Below, piece by piece: positions 1 to 9,586 of a stretch of 64,000 nucleotides of DNA. The position numbers were made by a program, and so were the translations under genes. Position 1 is the stretch's first letter, and each line of letters begins with the position of its first letter. The notes beneath the pieces were generated by a model that did no database searches, was not told where the DNA came from, and saw only the letters and a list, made by a program, of their open reading frames with translations. Source of the DNA: an uncultured Muribaculaceae bacterium (GTDB lineage Bacteria > Bacillota_I > Bacilli_A > RF39 > UBA660); contig CAYQDO010000001.1 of the NCBI GenBank assembly GCA_964416365.1, positions 4,050 to 68,049 on the forward strand. Direction: 5' to 3'.

Positions 1-1782
1 CATTAAACAATCATTTTTTACGTATACAGTATTTCCAACAATACTAATGACTGGATGAAATCCATTTTTAATGTCCACTATATGTTCATCATTAAAAGTT
101 GGTCTTATAAATTTGTTTTGTTCACTTACAACTGATAGAGACACGATAGCATCTAAATAACCAAGTACTTTGGCGGTATTTTTTAAACTTATAGTGTTTG
201 CTTTTAATGTTTCTCTTATGGCACTGAATAGTTCATACTCTAAATCAATTATTTTTTCTTCAGCATTTAATACTAGAGCTTCTTTTTCTTTAAGTAATGG
301 GGTTATAAAACGCTCACCAGTTGTTAAAGTTTGTCTTCTTTCCCAACCAAATTCTGGTTTGACTTTATCAAGATTACCTTTACTAACTTCAATATAGTAA
401 CCAAATACTTTGTTAAATCCTACCTTTAAGTTTGCGATACCGGTTCTTTCTCTTTCTTCTTTTTCTAGTGAAGAAATAAATTGTTTTCCACCACTCCGTA
501 TATTTTTTAATTCATCTAATTCAAAGTTATAACCCCTTTTTATTAAATATCCTTCTTTAAGACCGACAGGTGGTTCTTCATAAATAGCTTTTTCTAATAG
601 ATCATATAATTCTTTATGAATATCAAAATTCAAAACAAGACCAGTTTGCTCTACTTTATCTTTCAATTCTGGTAATACTTTTAAGGATTTCTTAATCTGT
701 AAAACATCACGAGCATTCAAAGACCCACAGACAACTTTGCCACATAGTCTTTCTAAGTCATATACTTCATAAAGTAATTCTTGAATTTCTGATTTTAAAA
801 TAAACTCATTATTTAAGATTTCTATGTAGTCTAAACGTTTTTTTATCTCATTTTTATCTTTTAAAGGATTCATTAAAAAATCTTTCAAAGTTCTTGAACC
901 CATCGCTGTCTTACATTTATCTAGCAACCAAATTAAACTATATTGTCTTTCTTTTAATCTTAAAGTTTCAAATAATTCTAAATTACGAATCGTATGGGCA
1001 TCCATTAATAGATATTCGTTATTATTTTTTATATTAATATCACTAAAATGAGATATGTCTTTTAATTGCATCGCAATTAAATAATAAAATAGATGTTGTA
1101 TCCCTTTAATGACTTTTTCATCACTAATGTTTTGTACTAATGATATTTCTTTATCGTAGAATTTATCATTAATTGTAATATTTATTTGATAATTGTTTCT
1201 TATAACATTTAATAATTCTAAATTAAAAGTGTTTTCTAAAATAATTTCTTTTAAATTTAAATTTAAAACTCTATTTAATAATTTAGTTTCTTCATGGGTA
1301 ACTAATTCACTGTTGATATTACCAGTTGAAATATCAGCATATGTTAAAAGATAAGCATATTGTAAATCAAGAATACTGCCTAGATAGTTAAAGTCACTAG
1401 AATCTAAAAATTCTAAATCAACCATAGTTCCTTTACTTATTACCTGAGTGACTTCCCTTTTTACCATACCTTTGGCAAAACGAGGATCTTCTACTTGATC
1501 ACAAATCGCTACTTTATATCCCTTATTAATTAATTTTTCAATATACATTTTAACAGAATGATGCGGAACTCCGGCCATAGGTATTCTTTCTTTTAATCCC
1601 GCATTCTTACCAGTTAAAGTAAGTTCTAATTCTCTAGAAGCATTTATCGCATCTTCAAAAAATAATTCATAAAAATCCCCAACGCGATAAAAAAGAAATT
1701 CTTCTTCATAATTCTTTTTAATATTTAAGTATTGTTGCATCATCGGACTTAATTCATTGTAGATTACTTCTGATTTTTTCAT
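1..1782 (-). CDS. mutS: DNA mismatch repair protein MutS, N-terminal part (C-terminus lies beyond the window start)
   Basis: Reverse-strand translation from the ATG at 1782 gives MKKSEVIYNELSPMMQQYLNIKKNYEEEFLFYRVGDFYELFFEDAINASRELELTLTGKNAG...GVPHHS, the MutS mismatch-binding domain signature. The ORF is open to position 1 and is absent from the track because it is truncated. Confidence 0.85.
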   Translation of the reverse strand, partial: MKKSEVIYNELSPMMQQYLNIKKNYEEEFLFYRVGDFYELFFEDAINASRELELTLTGKNAGLKERIPMAGVPHHSVKMYIEKLINKGYKVAICDQVEDPRFAKGMVKREVTQVISKGTMVDLEFLDSSDFNYLGSILDLQYAYLLTYADISTGNINSELVTHEETKLLNRVLNLNLKEIILENTFNLELLNVIRNNYQINITINDKFYDKEISLVQNISDEKVIKGIQHLFYYLIAMQLKDISHFSDINIKNNNEYLLMDAHTIRNLELFETLRLKERQYSLIWLLDKCKTAMGSRTLKDFLMNPLKDKNEIKKRLDYIEILNNEFILKSEIQELLYEVYDLERLCGKVVCGSLNARDVLQIKKSLKVLPELKDKVEQTGLVLNFDIHKELYDLLEKAIYEEPPVGLKEGYLIKRGYNFELDELKNIRSGGKQFISSLEKEERERTGIANLKVGFNKVFGYYIEVSKGNLDKVKPEFGWERRQTLTTGERFITPLLKEKEALVLNAEEKIIDLEYELFSAIRETLKANTISLKNTAKVLGYLDAIVSLSVVSEQNKFIRPTFNDEHIVDIKNGFHPVISIVGNTVYVKNDCLM

Positions 1783-1839
1783 TAAAAACACCTAAGATTA
1801 TTATATCATAATAAAAGAAAAAACCGAGTATTTATCGGT

Positions 1840-2784
1840 TTATAAAGTTTTTTTTCTTTGAATATTTAAAGCTTCTTCTACTGAAATTGGAATTAAATCC
1901 ATTTCTTGTTGTTGATATACATAAATATAATCTTTTAAAGATAAATTATTTATACCTCTTGTTAATAATACTTCTAAATCTAAACGACTGATTTTATATA
2001 ACTCTTGCCAACTAACAGTTTCGTCATTCTCTAATATTTTATTATTATCAATATCCATTAATATTGATTTCTTATTTTTAGTAATAATTTGGTACATACT
2101 TGATTCTACAGGATTTAAATCGGACAATTCTTCTTTTGTTAAAAGTTTAATAAAGAAATAATTACGCTTACGCATTTTAAAAACATTTTTACTTACTTCT
2201 TCAAGTTCAACAACCCAAGTGGGATATAATTCTAACATTTCTGAGGTTTGTGGCAACAAATAGTAATCACAACCTAAACGTGATTCAAATAACGCATCAC
2301 GACGTTCGCTAAAACTATCACCAATTATTAAAATACTTTTTTCTGATAAAAATAGGCTTTCTCTATCAACACTACTTGGTAATATACTAATAACATTGTA
2401 GTTTTTTTTATTTAATTTACGAATTAAATCATATTCTAATAGTTGTAAGAACCTTGGCTCAAAGTCTGGCTGTTCTTCATAGTATTTGCCATTTTCTAAT
2501 AAATGAAAAGTTCTGATTTCAATTTTAGTAAAATCAACATTAGCAACTATAGCTGGGTCAACTTCATACAATAATTCTTTATGTTTTGAATTACAATAAC
2601 CGGCATATTCATCAACAGATGTTTTCTTAAACGATCCAATGGTTAAAATAGGTTCTAAAGCTACCGTTTCCCCATCATTTTTAGACTTAATAACGAACTC
2701 GTTATCATATAAAGTAAAGTCTTTTATAAATATTTTTTTAGCATCAGATATTGATATAAAATATCGAGTTGATTTTTCATTCAT
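1840..2784 (-). CDS. hypothetical protein
   Basis: 314-aa ORF co-oriented with the downstream YlbL-like gene, overlapping it by 4 bp. No recognisable motif. Confidence 0.5.
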   Translation of the reverse strand: MNEKSTRYFISISDAKKIFIKDFTLYDNEFVIKSKNDGETVALEPILTIGSFKKTSVDEYAGYCNSKHKELLYEVDPAIVANVDFTKIEIRTFHLLENGKYYEEQPDFEPRFLQLLEYDLIRKLNKKNYNVISILPSSVDRESLFLSEKSILIIGDSFSERRDALFESRLGCDYYLLPQTSEMLELYPTWVVELEEVSKNVFKMRKRNYFFIKLLTKEELSDLNPVESSMYQIITKNKKSILMDIDNNKILENDETVSWQELYKISRLDLEVLLTRGINNLSLKDYIYVYQQQEMDLIPISVEEALNIQRKKTL

Positions 2785-3809
2785 TTTCTCGCCTCCAAAT
2801 TTTCTAATATTTGTAGTGTTTCTTCAAAACTGGATACTCCTCTTATAATTATATCATATTTTTGTTCTTTAGCATACATGACAGCTTCTTGATAATTTTC
2901 ATTAGGAACTATAAAAATATCGGCTTTATTTTTAACAGCTCCTGCTAATTTATATTTTACGCCACCAATTTCTCCTACTGTTCCATCTAGAGCAATCGTT
3001 CCAGTCCCAACTATTTTGTATCCTTTAGTAATATCTTCTTTAACTAAAGCATCATAAATAGCTAAACTTAGTAATAATCCTCCTGAAGGACCACTTTCCG
3101 AGGCTTTCGAATCAATCGTTATTTTAACATCAGAATCTATTTCATAAAATGTTGTAGCCGCTAAACCAATTAAAAGTGTTTCTTCTTCTTGATAGATTTT
3201 TGCACTAGTTTTAATTTCTTTATTTTCTCTTTTAATATCTAATGTTATTTCTTCATTTTCCTTTTTAGTATTAATATATTCTTTTAAAGTTTTAATATCC
3301 TGATAAGTAATATCATCGTATTTTAGAATTTCATCACCAATTTTAATATCTCCTGTACATTTTTCATCAACATAGATGATATAATTTTTAATATTTTTTA
3401 CCGTAAAAGGGGTATTACTAGCTTTGTAAGCTAAATACGTAGCACTGTTAATTGATTCTTCATAATATAGCTTATCTCTTTTCATCGAATCTTGAATTGT
3501 TTCTGAATCATTATAAGTTATATCTTCATTTTTAACCAGTTCCCAACTCGGAACAATTTTAGCAATTAAATAAAAAGGTAGTTTACCTTTAACCATGCCA
3601 ACATAGGCCATATTAAATGAACCCTTAGCTTGATCATTATTAACATTTTCAACATGAATTCTTTTCGTAATATTGATACTTCCACCCGGTTTATAAATAC
3701 TGTAATTTGTTTCAATATTAAAACTTACTAAAAGAATAGTTAAAAATATTAAAAAAGATAAATTGTTTTTAATATATTGTTTAATTTTTTCATAAAGTTT
3801 ATCAGTCAT
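2781..3809 (-). CDS. PDZ domain / Lon-like S16 protease of the YlbL/SepM family
   Basis: N-terminal TM anchor, a PDZ-like middle region, and a C-terminal Lon protease-like segment with the SGPSGGL serine motif. Confidence 0.7.
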   Translation of the reverse strand: MTDKLYEKIKQYIKNNLSFLIFLTILLVSFNIETNYSIYKPGGSINITKRIHVENVNNDQAKGSFNMAYVGMVKGKLPFYLIAKIVPSWELVKNEDITYNDSETIQDSMKRDKLYYEESINSATYLAYKASNTPFTVKNIKNYIIYVDEKCTGDIKIGDEILKYDDITYQDIKTLKEYINTKKENEEITLDIKRENKEIKTSAKIYQEEETLLIGLAATTFYEIDSDVKITIDSKASESGPSGGLLLSLAIYDALVKEDITKGYKIVGTGTIALDGTVGEIGGVKYKLAGAVKNKADIFIVPNENYQEAVMYAKEQKYDIIIRGVSSFEETLQILENLEARK

Positions 3810-3856
3810 TGGTTGCTTGCACCTCTATTTAAATTATAGCAAATAGAAGGAGATAT

Positions 3857-4738
3857 ATGATAAAGTTCTTAAAAAATGTGTCAATAATTTTACTTATAAT
3901 TTTAACTATCATAAAAAGACCAACAATAACTACCGCAATTATCGAAGCAATTAATATATGGATTACTAATATATTTCCATCTTTATTTCCAATTCTAATA
4001 ATAAGTGATCTAATTATCAGCACTGATCTAATTAATATTATTACTAATATTATCGGACCTTTTTTTTCTAAATTATTTAAAGTTAGTAAATATAGCTCCT
4101 ATGTATTTATAATGAGTCTGTTAAGCGGTTGCCCTAGCAATGCTAAATATACTAAGGATTTATTAGATTATAATTTAATTAGTAAAGAAGAAGCTATTAA
4201 AGTATTATCTATGTCTCTTTTATACAATCCAATATTAATTTTAACTATTACCAGTTATTTAAATAAAGAAGACTCTTGCTTTATCATTATAGCCAATATA
4301 ATAATAAACATAATTATTGGGATTATAAATCGCAAGTTTTATTGTCAAGTTAAACACAATGAAAAAATGTTAAACCGAAATTTTAATCTAATTTCTTCTA
4401 TATCTAAATCTATAGATACATTAATGTTAGTATTAGGCTCTTTAGCATTATTTATTGCTCTATCATCTATTATTCCTTATAGTCATCCTTTGCTAGATGG
4501 AATATTTGAAATAACCAATGGCATTAAAGAAATAGTCTTTATTGAAAACTATAACTATCAACTATTATTTACCGGCATCCTTATGTCTTTTGGGGGCTTC
4601 AGTATTCAAACCCAAATAAAAAGTATTCTAAAAGATTATAACTTAGAATACAGTTTATTTTATAAATCAAGAATTATTCATCTAGCTTTATTTATATTAA
4701 CTTTGTACCTGAAAGTGATATTTAGTATCATTAGTTAA
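3857..4738 (+). CDS. polytopic membrane protein, YlbJ-like (nucleoside-recognition/Gate-domain type)
   Basis: 293 aa and highly hydrophobic. Its position next to the ylbL-like gene mirrors the Bacillus ylbJ-ylbL arrangement. Confidence 0.45.
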   Translation: MIKFLKNVSIILLIILTIIKRPTITTAIIEAINIWITNIFPSLFPILIISDLIISTDLINIITNIIGPFFSKLFKVSKYSSYVFIMSLLSGCPSNAKYTKDLLDYNLISKEEAIKVLSMSLLYNPILILTITSYLNKEDSCFIIIANIIINIIIGIINRKFYCQVKHNEKMLNRNFNLISSISKSIDTLMLVLGSLALFIALSSIIPYSHPLLDGIFEITNGIKEIVFIENYNYQLLFTGILMSFGGFSIQTQIKSILKDYNLEYSLFYKSRIIHLALFILTLYLKVIFSIIS

Positions 4739-5344
4739 ATTCGTAATCTGAAAGTTAATATTTTTCTTATAAACATAGCTTAAATGAATACCAAAATCTT
4801 CGCCATCTTCATTTAAAACCGGTAAATCAATTCTTAAAGAACAATGATCAGTACCACAATTTTGTTTATAGGTTCCATAACCTTCATATAAAAATGGTGT
4901 CTCTCTTAAATATCTCTTACTACCCCTACGATAACCAACAATATTGACTTGTTCAGTATCAGAGTATCCATAAGAATAATATAGTAAATAGCCAATATTT
5001 TCGCTAGTATTTAAAGAATCGTATATCAGCTTTAAGCAATGCCCTTCTCCATTTCGCAGTGAAGAAGATGCAGGTATAACCGATAAAACCGTATCTTTAC
5101 GATCTGGCATCGTCGCGCCATCATTACATGAAGCTATTCCTACTAAACCTAAATCAATAAAATCATTTTCAATTTCTTTAATTATATTAGCTTGATTCAT
5201 AAGTAATGTCGAAGTAATTCTACTTCTTTCATCTTCATTACGGACCGTAATTAAAACCGATATTAAAAATATTAAAATGATTGAAATTAAAGTAACTCCG
5301 ACAATAATTTCCACTAAAGTCATTCCCTTATTATTCTTTATCAT
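4697..5344 (-). CDS. type IV pilin-like minor pilin (pseudopilin) with a prepilin leader
   Basis: N-terminus MIKNNKG|MTLVEIIVGVTLISIIL: Gly at -1, Glu at +5, then a hydrophobic helix, which is the class III signal. Its start ATGA overlaps the ftsW stop. Confidence 0.7.
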   Translation of the reverse strand: MIKNNKGMTLVEIIVGVTLISIILIFLISVLITVRNEDERSRITSTLLMNQANIIKEIENDFIDLGLVGIASCNDGATMPDRKDTVLSVIPASSSLRNGEGHCLKLIYDSLNTSENIGYLLYYSYGYSDTEQVNIVGYRRGSKRYLRETPFLYEGYGTYKQNCGTDHCSLRIDLPVLNEDGEDFGIHLSYVYKKNINFQITNLTNDTKYHFQVQS

Positions 5345-6483
5345 TTTAATACCTCTTTGACTTTTTGTTCATGAATCTCAATTTGAACTCTTTGAGTTAA
5401 AAATAGCATAAAGATAATATTGATATAAAATGAACCACCATAACTTAAGAATGGTACTGGTACTCCAGTTAAAGGAATAAAAGCCATGATTCCTAAAAAA
5501 TTGACTAATAAATGTAATAAAATAAATGCAAAAGTTCCATAAGCAATAATTGAGCCCCGAAGACTATTAGCGTTTTTAGCAATTTTTAAAATACGATATA
5601 ACATAATTAAATATAATATTAGAATAATGATTCCACCAATGGCACCCCATTCTTCAACAACAACCGGAAAAATGAAATCCGTATAAGCTTCTGGTAAGTA
5701 TAAATATTTTTGCGTAGAATTTCCTAATCCAGCACCGGTTAAACCACCATTACTGATTGCAATAAAACCGTTACATACTTGATACCCAGTTTTTTCCGTG
5801 TATCTAGTACATGGATTTCGATAAGTTAAACGGCTATTTTGTTCAGCTGTTAGATGCCCACCAAATACTAGAATTGCAAAACAAGCAATTACGGTAATAA
5901 CTCCCGCAATTTTTAGACCTCGAACTTTTTTGTTATTAAAAGGTAAAGCCATAAATATTAAAAATGCTATTCCCCCTATTATACAAGCTGTTCCTAAATC
6001 AGGCTGTAAAATAGTTAATCCACAAATTAATAAAATAAAAATAAAAGGCACAATAATTTTATTGACAGAAAAGCTCTCACTGCGAGATATTTTATCAAGA
6101 CTTACTGCTAAAAAAACGATAATAATTGATTTAGCAAACTCACTTGGCTGAAAAGAAAAGAATCCCAAGTCATACCAACTACTTGCACTATTAGTAATAG
6201 TTCCATATGGAAATAAACCTATCAAGGCAAGGACAATAAAGATAATTCCTACCGGACCCCAAAATTTATATTTTTGCGTAGGATAAAATAATACAAAAAA
6301 ACCAAATATCCAACTAGCAATAATAGCATATAAATGTTTAATAAAATAATGTCGTTCTGATACTCCATTATAAAGCACTGCGGTAATACTAGAAGCACTA
6401 AAAATCATAATCAGACCAAAAATAGTAAAAAGTACCATTAGAAAAAAAAGCGTTTTGTCAATCTTTTTTAATTTAGCCTTCAT
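5341..6483 (-). CDS. ftsW: SEDS-family peptidoglycan glycosyltransferase (FtsW/RodA/SpoVE)
   Basis: 380 aa with about 10 TM segments and a SEDS-like conserved core (e.g. GLTGAGLGNS, PVPFLSYGGS). Confidence 0.8.
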   Translation of the reverse strand: MKAKLKKIDKTLFFLMVLFTIFGLIMIFSASSITAVLYNGVSERHYFIKHLYAIIASWIFGFFVLFYPTQKYKFWGPVGIIFIVLALIGLFPYGTITNSASSWYDLGFFSFQPSEFAKSIIIVFLAVSLDKISRSESFSVNKIIVPFIFILLICGLTILQPDLGTACIIGGIAFLIFMALPFNNKKVRGLKIAGVITVIACFAILVFGGHLTAEQNSRLTYRNPCTRYTEKTGYQVCNGFIAISNGGLTGAGLGNSTQKYLYLPEAYTDFIFPVVVEEWGAIGGIIILILYLIMLYRILKIAKNANSLRGSIIAYGTFAFILLHLLVNFLGIMAFIPLTGVPVPFLSYGGSFYINIIFMLFLTQRVQIEIHEQKVKEVLK

Positions 6484-6557
6484 AATTCCACCTAATTATA
6501 ATAATACCATATAAAAAACATATTTAAAATATTTGTTTTTTAAATATGTCAATTAAT

Positions 6558-6687
6558 CTTTGGTAAATTGCGCTATTCTTTTTTCTAATTTATTACTTCT
6601 TCTAAATTTTAATAAATAATAAGTAGTAAAGACTAATATGAGTACTACAACTAATACTATAATTACAATTATTAGTTTTTCTTTCAT
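6558..6687 (-). CDS. small membrane peptide (~43 aa) translationally coupled to the upstream ParA-like gene
   Basis: The ATG at 6687 overlaps the TAA stop of the 6687..7421 ORF (TAATG), and its RBS AGGAGGAG lies inside the upstream gene's last codons. Translation: MKEKLIIVIIVLVVVLILVFTTYYLLKFRRSNKLEKRIAQFTKD. Confidence 0.4.
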
Positions 6688-7421
6688 TACTCCTCCTTAT
6701 TAATTAAAGACTTCGCAATTAAATTAAATATTTTATAATCAGGCCATTTTTGATTGTTGATAGTTAAAACTTCTCCCTTAAAAGTGGTATTATCGATATC
6801 ATTATAATTAAAACGATTACTAATCGTATAATCAATATTATTTTGTAAAATATTTTTAATATCATATAAAAAATAATATTCTCTATTAAAATGGATACTA
6901 TAATTTAATATAACATTTATATCTTTACAAAACTTCTTTAAATACTCTAAATTAATACGAGAATTTTTTAAATCCAAGGCATCATTAGTAATAATATAAA
7001 ATACTGTATTCATTTTTTTTAGTAAAGATTCATTAAAACTATTTAAGACATGATTAGTATCAAAAAGAATCACATCATAAAGTAAATAAGCTTCTGATAT
7101 AAGTCCATCTATACAAGAAAAAGTTATTTCTTTAGCTTCCTCAATACTATCTGGAGCAGAAAGAAAATCAATGTAATTGTTATATTTAACTATATAATCC
7201 TTTATATCTGGAAACTTTTCTTTACTAAATTCTTTATAATAATCATAAATTGTTTTTCGAGACTTTTTATTTAAAGCTACGGCTATTCCACCATTAAATA
7301 AATCAGTATCTACAATTAAAACCTTTTTCTTTTGATTAGAAATTGTTCCTGCTAAATTTAATATAAAAGTAGTTTTACCAACGCCACCTTTACCTGAAAA
7401 TACACTTGCTACTTTACTCAT
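6687..7421 (-). CDS. ParA/MinD-family P-loop ATPase (CpaE/TadZ-like or MinD-like)
   Basis: Deviant Walker A SGKGGVGKTT near the N-terminus, 244 aa. Confidence 0.65.
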   Translation of the reverse strand: MSKVASVFSGKGGVGKTTFILNLAGTISNQKKKVLIVDTDLFNGGIAVALNKKSRKTIYDYYKEFSKEKFPDIKDYIVKYNNYIDFLSAPDSIEEAKEITFSCIDGLISEAYLLYDVILFDTNHVLNSFNESLLKKMNTVFYIITNDALDLKNSRINLEYLKKFCKDINVILNYSIHFNREYYFLYDIKNILQNNIDYTISNRFNYNDIDNTTFKGEVLTINNQKWPDYKIFNLIAKSLINKEE

Positions 7422-7806
7422 CTTGTACCTCTTTTATTATTATATTTTCACCATCTTTGTGGCCAATAAAATTAACATCACATCGATAATAATTTACTCC
7501 AATTAATTTTCCAAAAAAACTGGTATAAGGATGGCTATTAGAAATTGTTAAATCTCCATCCTCTTCATTATATTGTACGGTTAGTACGTCTGTTGATATT
7601 TTATTTTTTTCAAAAAATTCTTTAATATCCTCATAATAATCATCTTTAGAATATGTTAAAGTATCTTTGATAATTTTCTTAGTAGTTAATTCTACTCTAG
7701 TATTTTGAATAAACATTAGGGCAAAATCAAAGATAAATGCTATAATCAGCATAAAAATTGGAATCAATATAACAAAAATCCATTGATTAACCTTATACTT
7801 ATGCAT
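7414..7806 (-). CDS. small membrane-anchored protein with TadE-like topology
   Basis: 130 aa with an N-terminal hydrophobic helix followed by a soluble domain. A candidate extended -10 (TGATATAAT) and the RBS GGTAGGAAG lie upstream at about 7807-7870. Confidence 0.3.
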   Translation of the reverse strand: MHKYKVNQWIFVILIPIFMLIIAFIFDFALMFIQNTRVELTTKKIIKDTLTYSKDDYYEDIKEFFEKNKISTDVLTVQYNEEDGDLTISNSHPYTSFFGKLIGVNYYRCDVNFIGHKDGENIIIKEVQDE

Positions 7807-7872
7807 CTTTAATACTTCCTACCTATTCTAAAATGAATTATATCATATCTTTTTTTAGAATTAAAGCTATTC

Positions 7873-9519
7873 TTAACTAACCCTAAAAGGATTAGTTAAT
7901 GAACCTTCTCCGGTAACGATAGTCGATGATGAAATATTAATTACTGGTCTTAAATATGTTAATCGATCTATTCGATTACTATATAGTTTTCCACTGTCTC
8001 CTACATAAAAAATATTTGGTAAAAAATCATCATCATACATGACGTAAGATGTCATAGTCCAATTGTATCTATTAATATATAAATAATTATATGAATTATC
8101 TATATCATAAACTAATCCTGCCATCAATGCTTCATCTGCCGTTAATAATCCTACTGGATATATTAATGCGCCATTACCTTTACTCTCATCATTTACCGTA
8201 AAACGATCATTTTTGAAACCACAATGTAGAGTAGGTTTTACAGTATAAAACGATAGTCTAAAATGAGCAGCATATCTAGTATCAATTTCTGCACCATACC
8301 CAGGACCAGTTGCTTCTCCTCCTATTTCACTTTGTAGTTGGCGATCATTACAAAACAAAGTATCAACTATTTCATTTTCAAAAGATTGATTTAATATATT
8401 TGTCTCATACCATGTATCTAATTGTATTTTAGTATTACTTGAAGTTTCATTTCTTACTGCTTCTTCTCTTGACGTTGATGCACTTCCGTTCTCTCCACCA
8501 TACATATAGCCCAAATATTTAACATCATCATTATAATCACTCCAAGAAAATTTATCATAAAGCTTAGGATTTGTTCCAACATCATTCATAGTTTCATATT
8601 GATTGAATTCTTCTTCTGTACCATTATATATTAATCTAATAGAGCCATCACCATTAATACGAATGATTTTCCATTGAAAGCCACCAAATAAAAGATTGTT
8701 ATTTAAATATTCTTTATCTCCACGATAATAATAACTTACTCCATAGTCGTCAACTGTTGCATATAGACCATTTTCTACAGTAGCTACCGATTTTATAAGA
8801 CTTCCTTCTTCACCAGTTTCCGGCAATAAAACATATGTGCTTTGAGAAACAGCTACCTTTGAAAAATCAGGATTACCTTTTGCTCTGATGGTTATTTCTC
8901 CACCATCTTGAGATAATATTTTGTTTTTTAAACAGTTTTCTTCTTTGCATGGATCGACATATGTTTCAACTGTAATATAAGCATTGATTTCTTTTTCTTT
9001 ATCATCATCTTGAATATATGGGGCATTTAAAAAATAAATCTCTAAGGTATAAGTATGAATTTTACTTCCACCCGTTGGTGAAGTAAATATACCATGACCT
9101 AGACTTATTATTTTAGCTCCAGTTCCGATATTATTTAAATTATCGGTATCGGGAATTACAGCTCCATTATTACTAGTGTTCTCACTTATTAATTTATATT
9201 TTATAGCTGATTCACTGAAAGTATTAGATTCTACTACTAGATTAACTTGATAATTCATATCAAAAGGTGTTGTATTATCTCCGGTTATAGTAAATATTTT
9301 AATGCTTACTGGATCATTAGTAGGAATTATGTTATTTACTTTGATATTTGCCCCACCATTATAAGCAATTTTCATTTTACCGCCAGAAATAGTAATCGTA
9401 TCTATTGTTTCAGCATCTTCAAAATTAGCTGTAAAATAAGCATAAGAAATCCCAATTGACACTAATAAAACAATAAAAATTCCTAATAAAATTATAACTG
9501 TTTTTTTAATCATATACAT
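7873..9519 (-). CDS. large secreted protein, paralog A, with a SipW-cognate-type signal and TasA/camelysin-like N-terminal domain, a divergent C-terminal half and a conserved C-terminal tail
   Basis: Signal peptide ...LLVSIGISYA|YFTANFED resembles the TasA GTWA|AFND class. Residues up to about 315 are near-identical to paralog B. The C-terminal tail is LRPVINISSSTIVTGEGSLTNPFRVS. Confidence 0.6.
   Translation of the reverse strand: MYMIKKTVIILLGIFIVLLVSIGISYAYFTANFEDAETIDTITISGGKMKIAYNGGANIKVNNIIPTNDPVSIKIFTITGDNTTPFDMNYQVNLVVESNTFSESAIKYKLISENTSNNGAVIPDTDNLNNIGTGAKIISLGHGIFTSPTGGSKIHTYTLEIYFLNAPYIQDDDKEKEINAYITVETYVDPCKEENCLKNKILSQDGGEITIRAKGNPDFSKVAVSQSTYVLLPETGEEGSLIKSVATVENGLYATVDDYGVSYYYRGDKEYLNNNLLFGGFQWKIIRINGDGSIRLIYNGTEEEFNQYETMNDVGTNPKLYDKFSWSDYNDDVKYLGYMYGGENGSASTSREEAVRNETSSNTKIQLDTWYETNILNQSFENEIVDTLFCNDRQLQSEIGGEATGPGYGAEIDTRYAAHFRLSFYTVKPTLHCGFKNDRFTVNDESKGNGALIYPVGLLTADEALMAGLVYDIDNSYNYLYINRYNWTMTSYVMYDDDFLPNIFYVGDSGKLYSNRIDRLTYLRPVINISSSTIVTGEGSLTNPFRVS
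8649..9449. repeat. copy 1 of an ~800-bp near-identical direct repeat (the 5' coding halves of the two paralogs)
   Basis: Sequence from about 8649 to 9449 recurs almost base-for-base at about 10371 to 11172, an offset of about 1722 bp. Confidence 0.8.
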
Positions 9520-9586
9520 CCCTATTATAAGTCTAGCATTTTTAAATTTTTATTACAATAAAAAAGTTTTGAATTTTAATTCAAAC

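Noticed and set aside
2639-2848. Short antisense or overlapping ORFs in the six-frame track that lie inside or opposite clearly conserved genes (2639..2848, 3829..4023, 5930..6151, 9247..9459, 9940..10140, 10970..11176, 15053..15247, 17855..18145, 19436..19618, 30066..30260, 30793..30981, 34923..35147, 36536..36730, 37018..37347, 37458..37679, 37845..38141, 41058..41240, 43646..43852, 48493..48732, 49238..49468, 52784..53005, 53614..53796, 54229..54423, 55125..55376, 55937..56137, 58565..58780, 60307..60495, 62940..63284, 63297..63542, 170..397)
   Set aside because: They give low-complexity Ile/Leu/Phe/Ser-rich translations typical of antisense frames in AT-rich coding DNA. They have no RBS context and are fully embedded in conserved genes on the other strand.
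6484-6557. AT-rich imperfect inverted repeats between ftsW and the micro-peptide (acatattt...aaatatgt)
   Set aside because: The stem is all A/T, short and interrupted. It cannot be told apart from chance in a ~27% GC background.
6687-7421. Calling the ParA-family ATPase minD
   Set aside because: There is no minC neighbour, and the C-terminal region is divergent with no obvious MinD amphipathic membrane-targeting helix. It is kept as a generic ParA/MinD-family ATPase.
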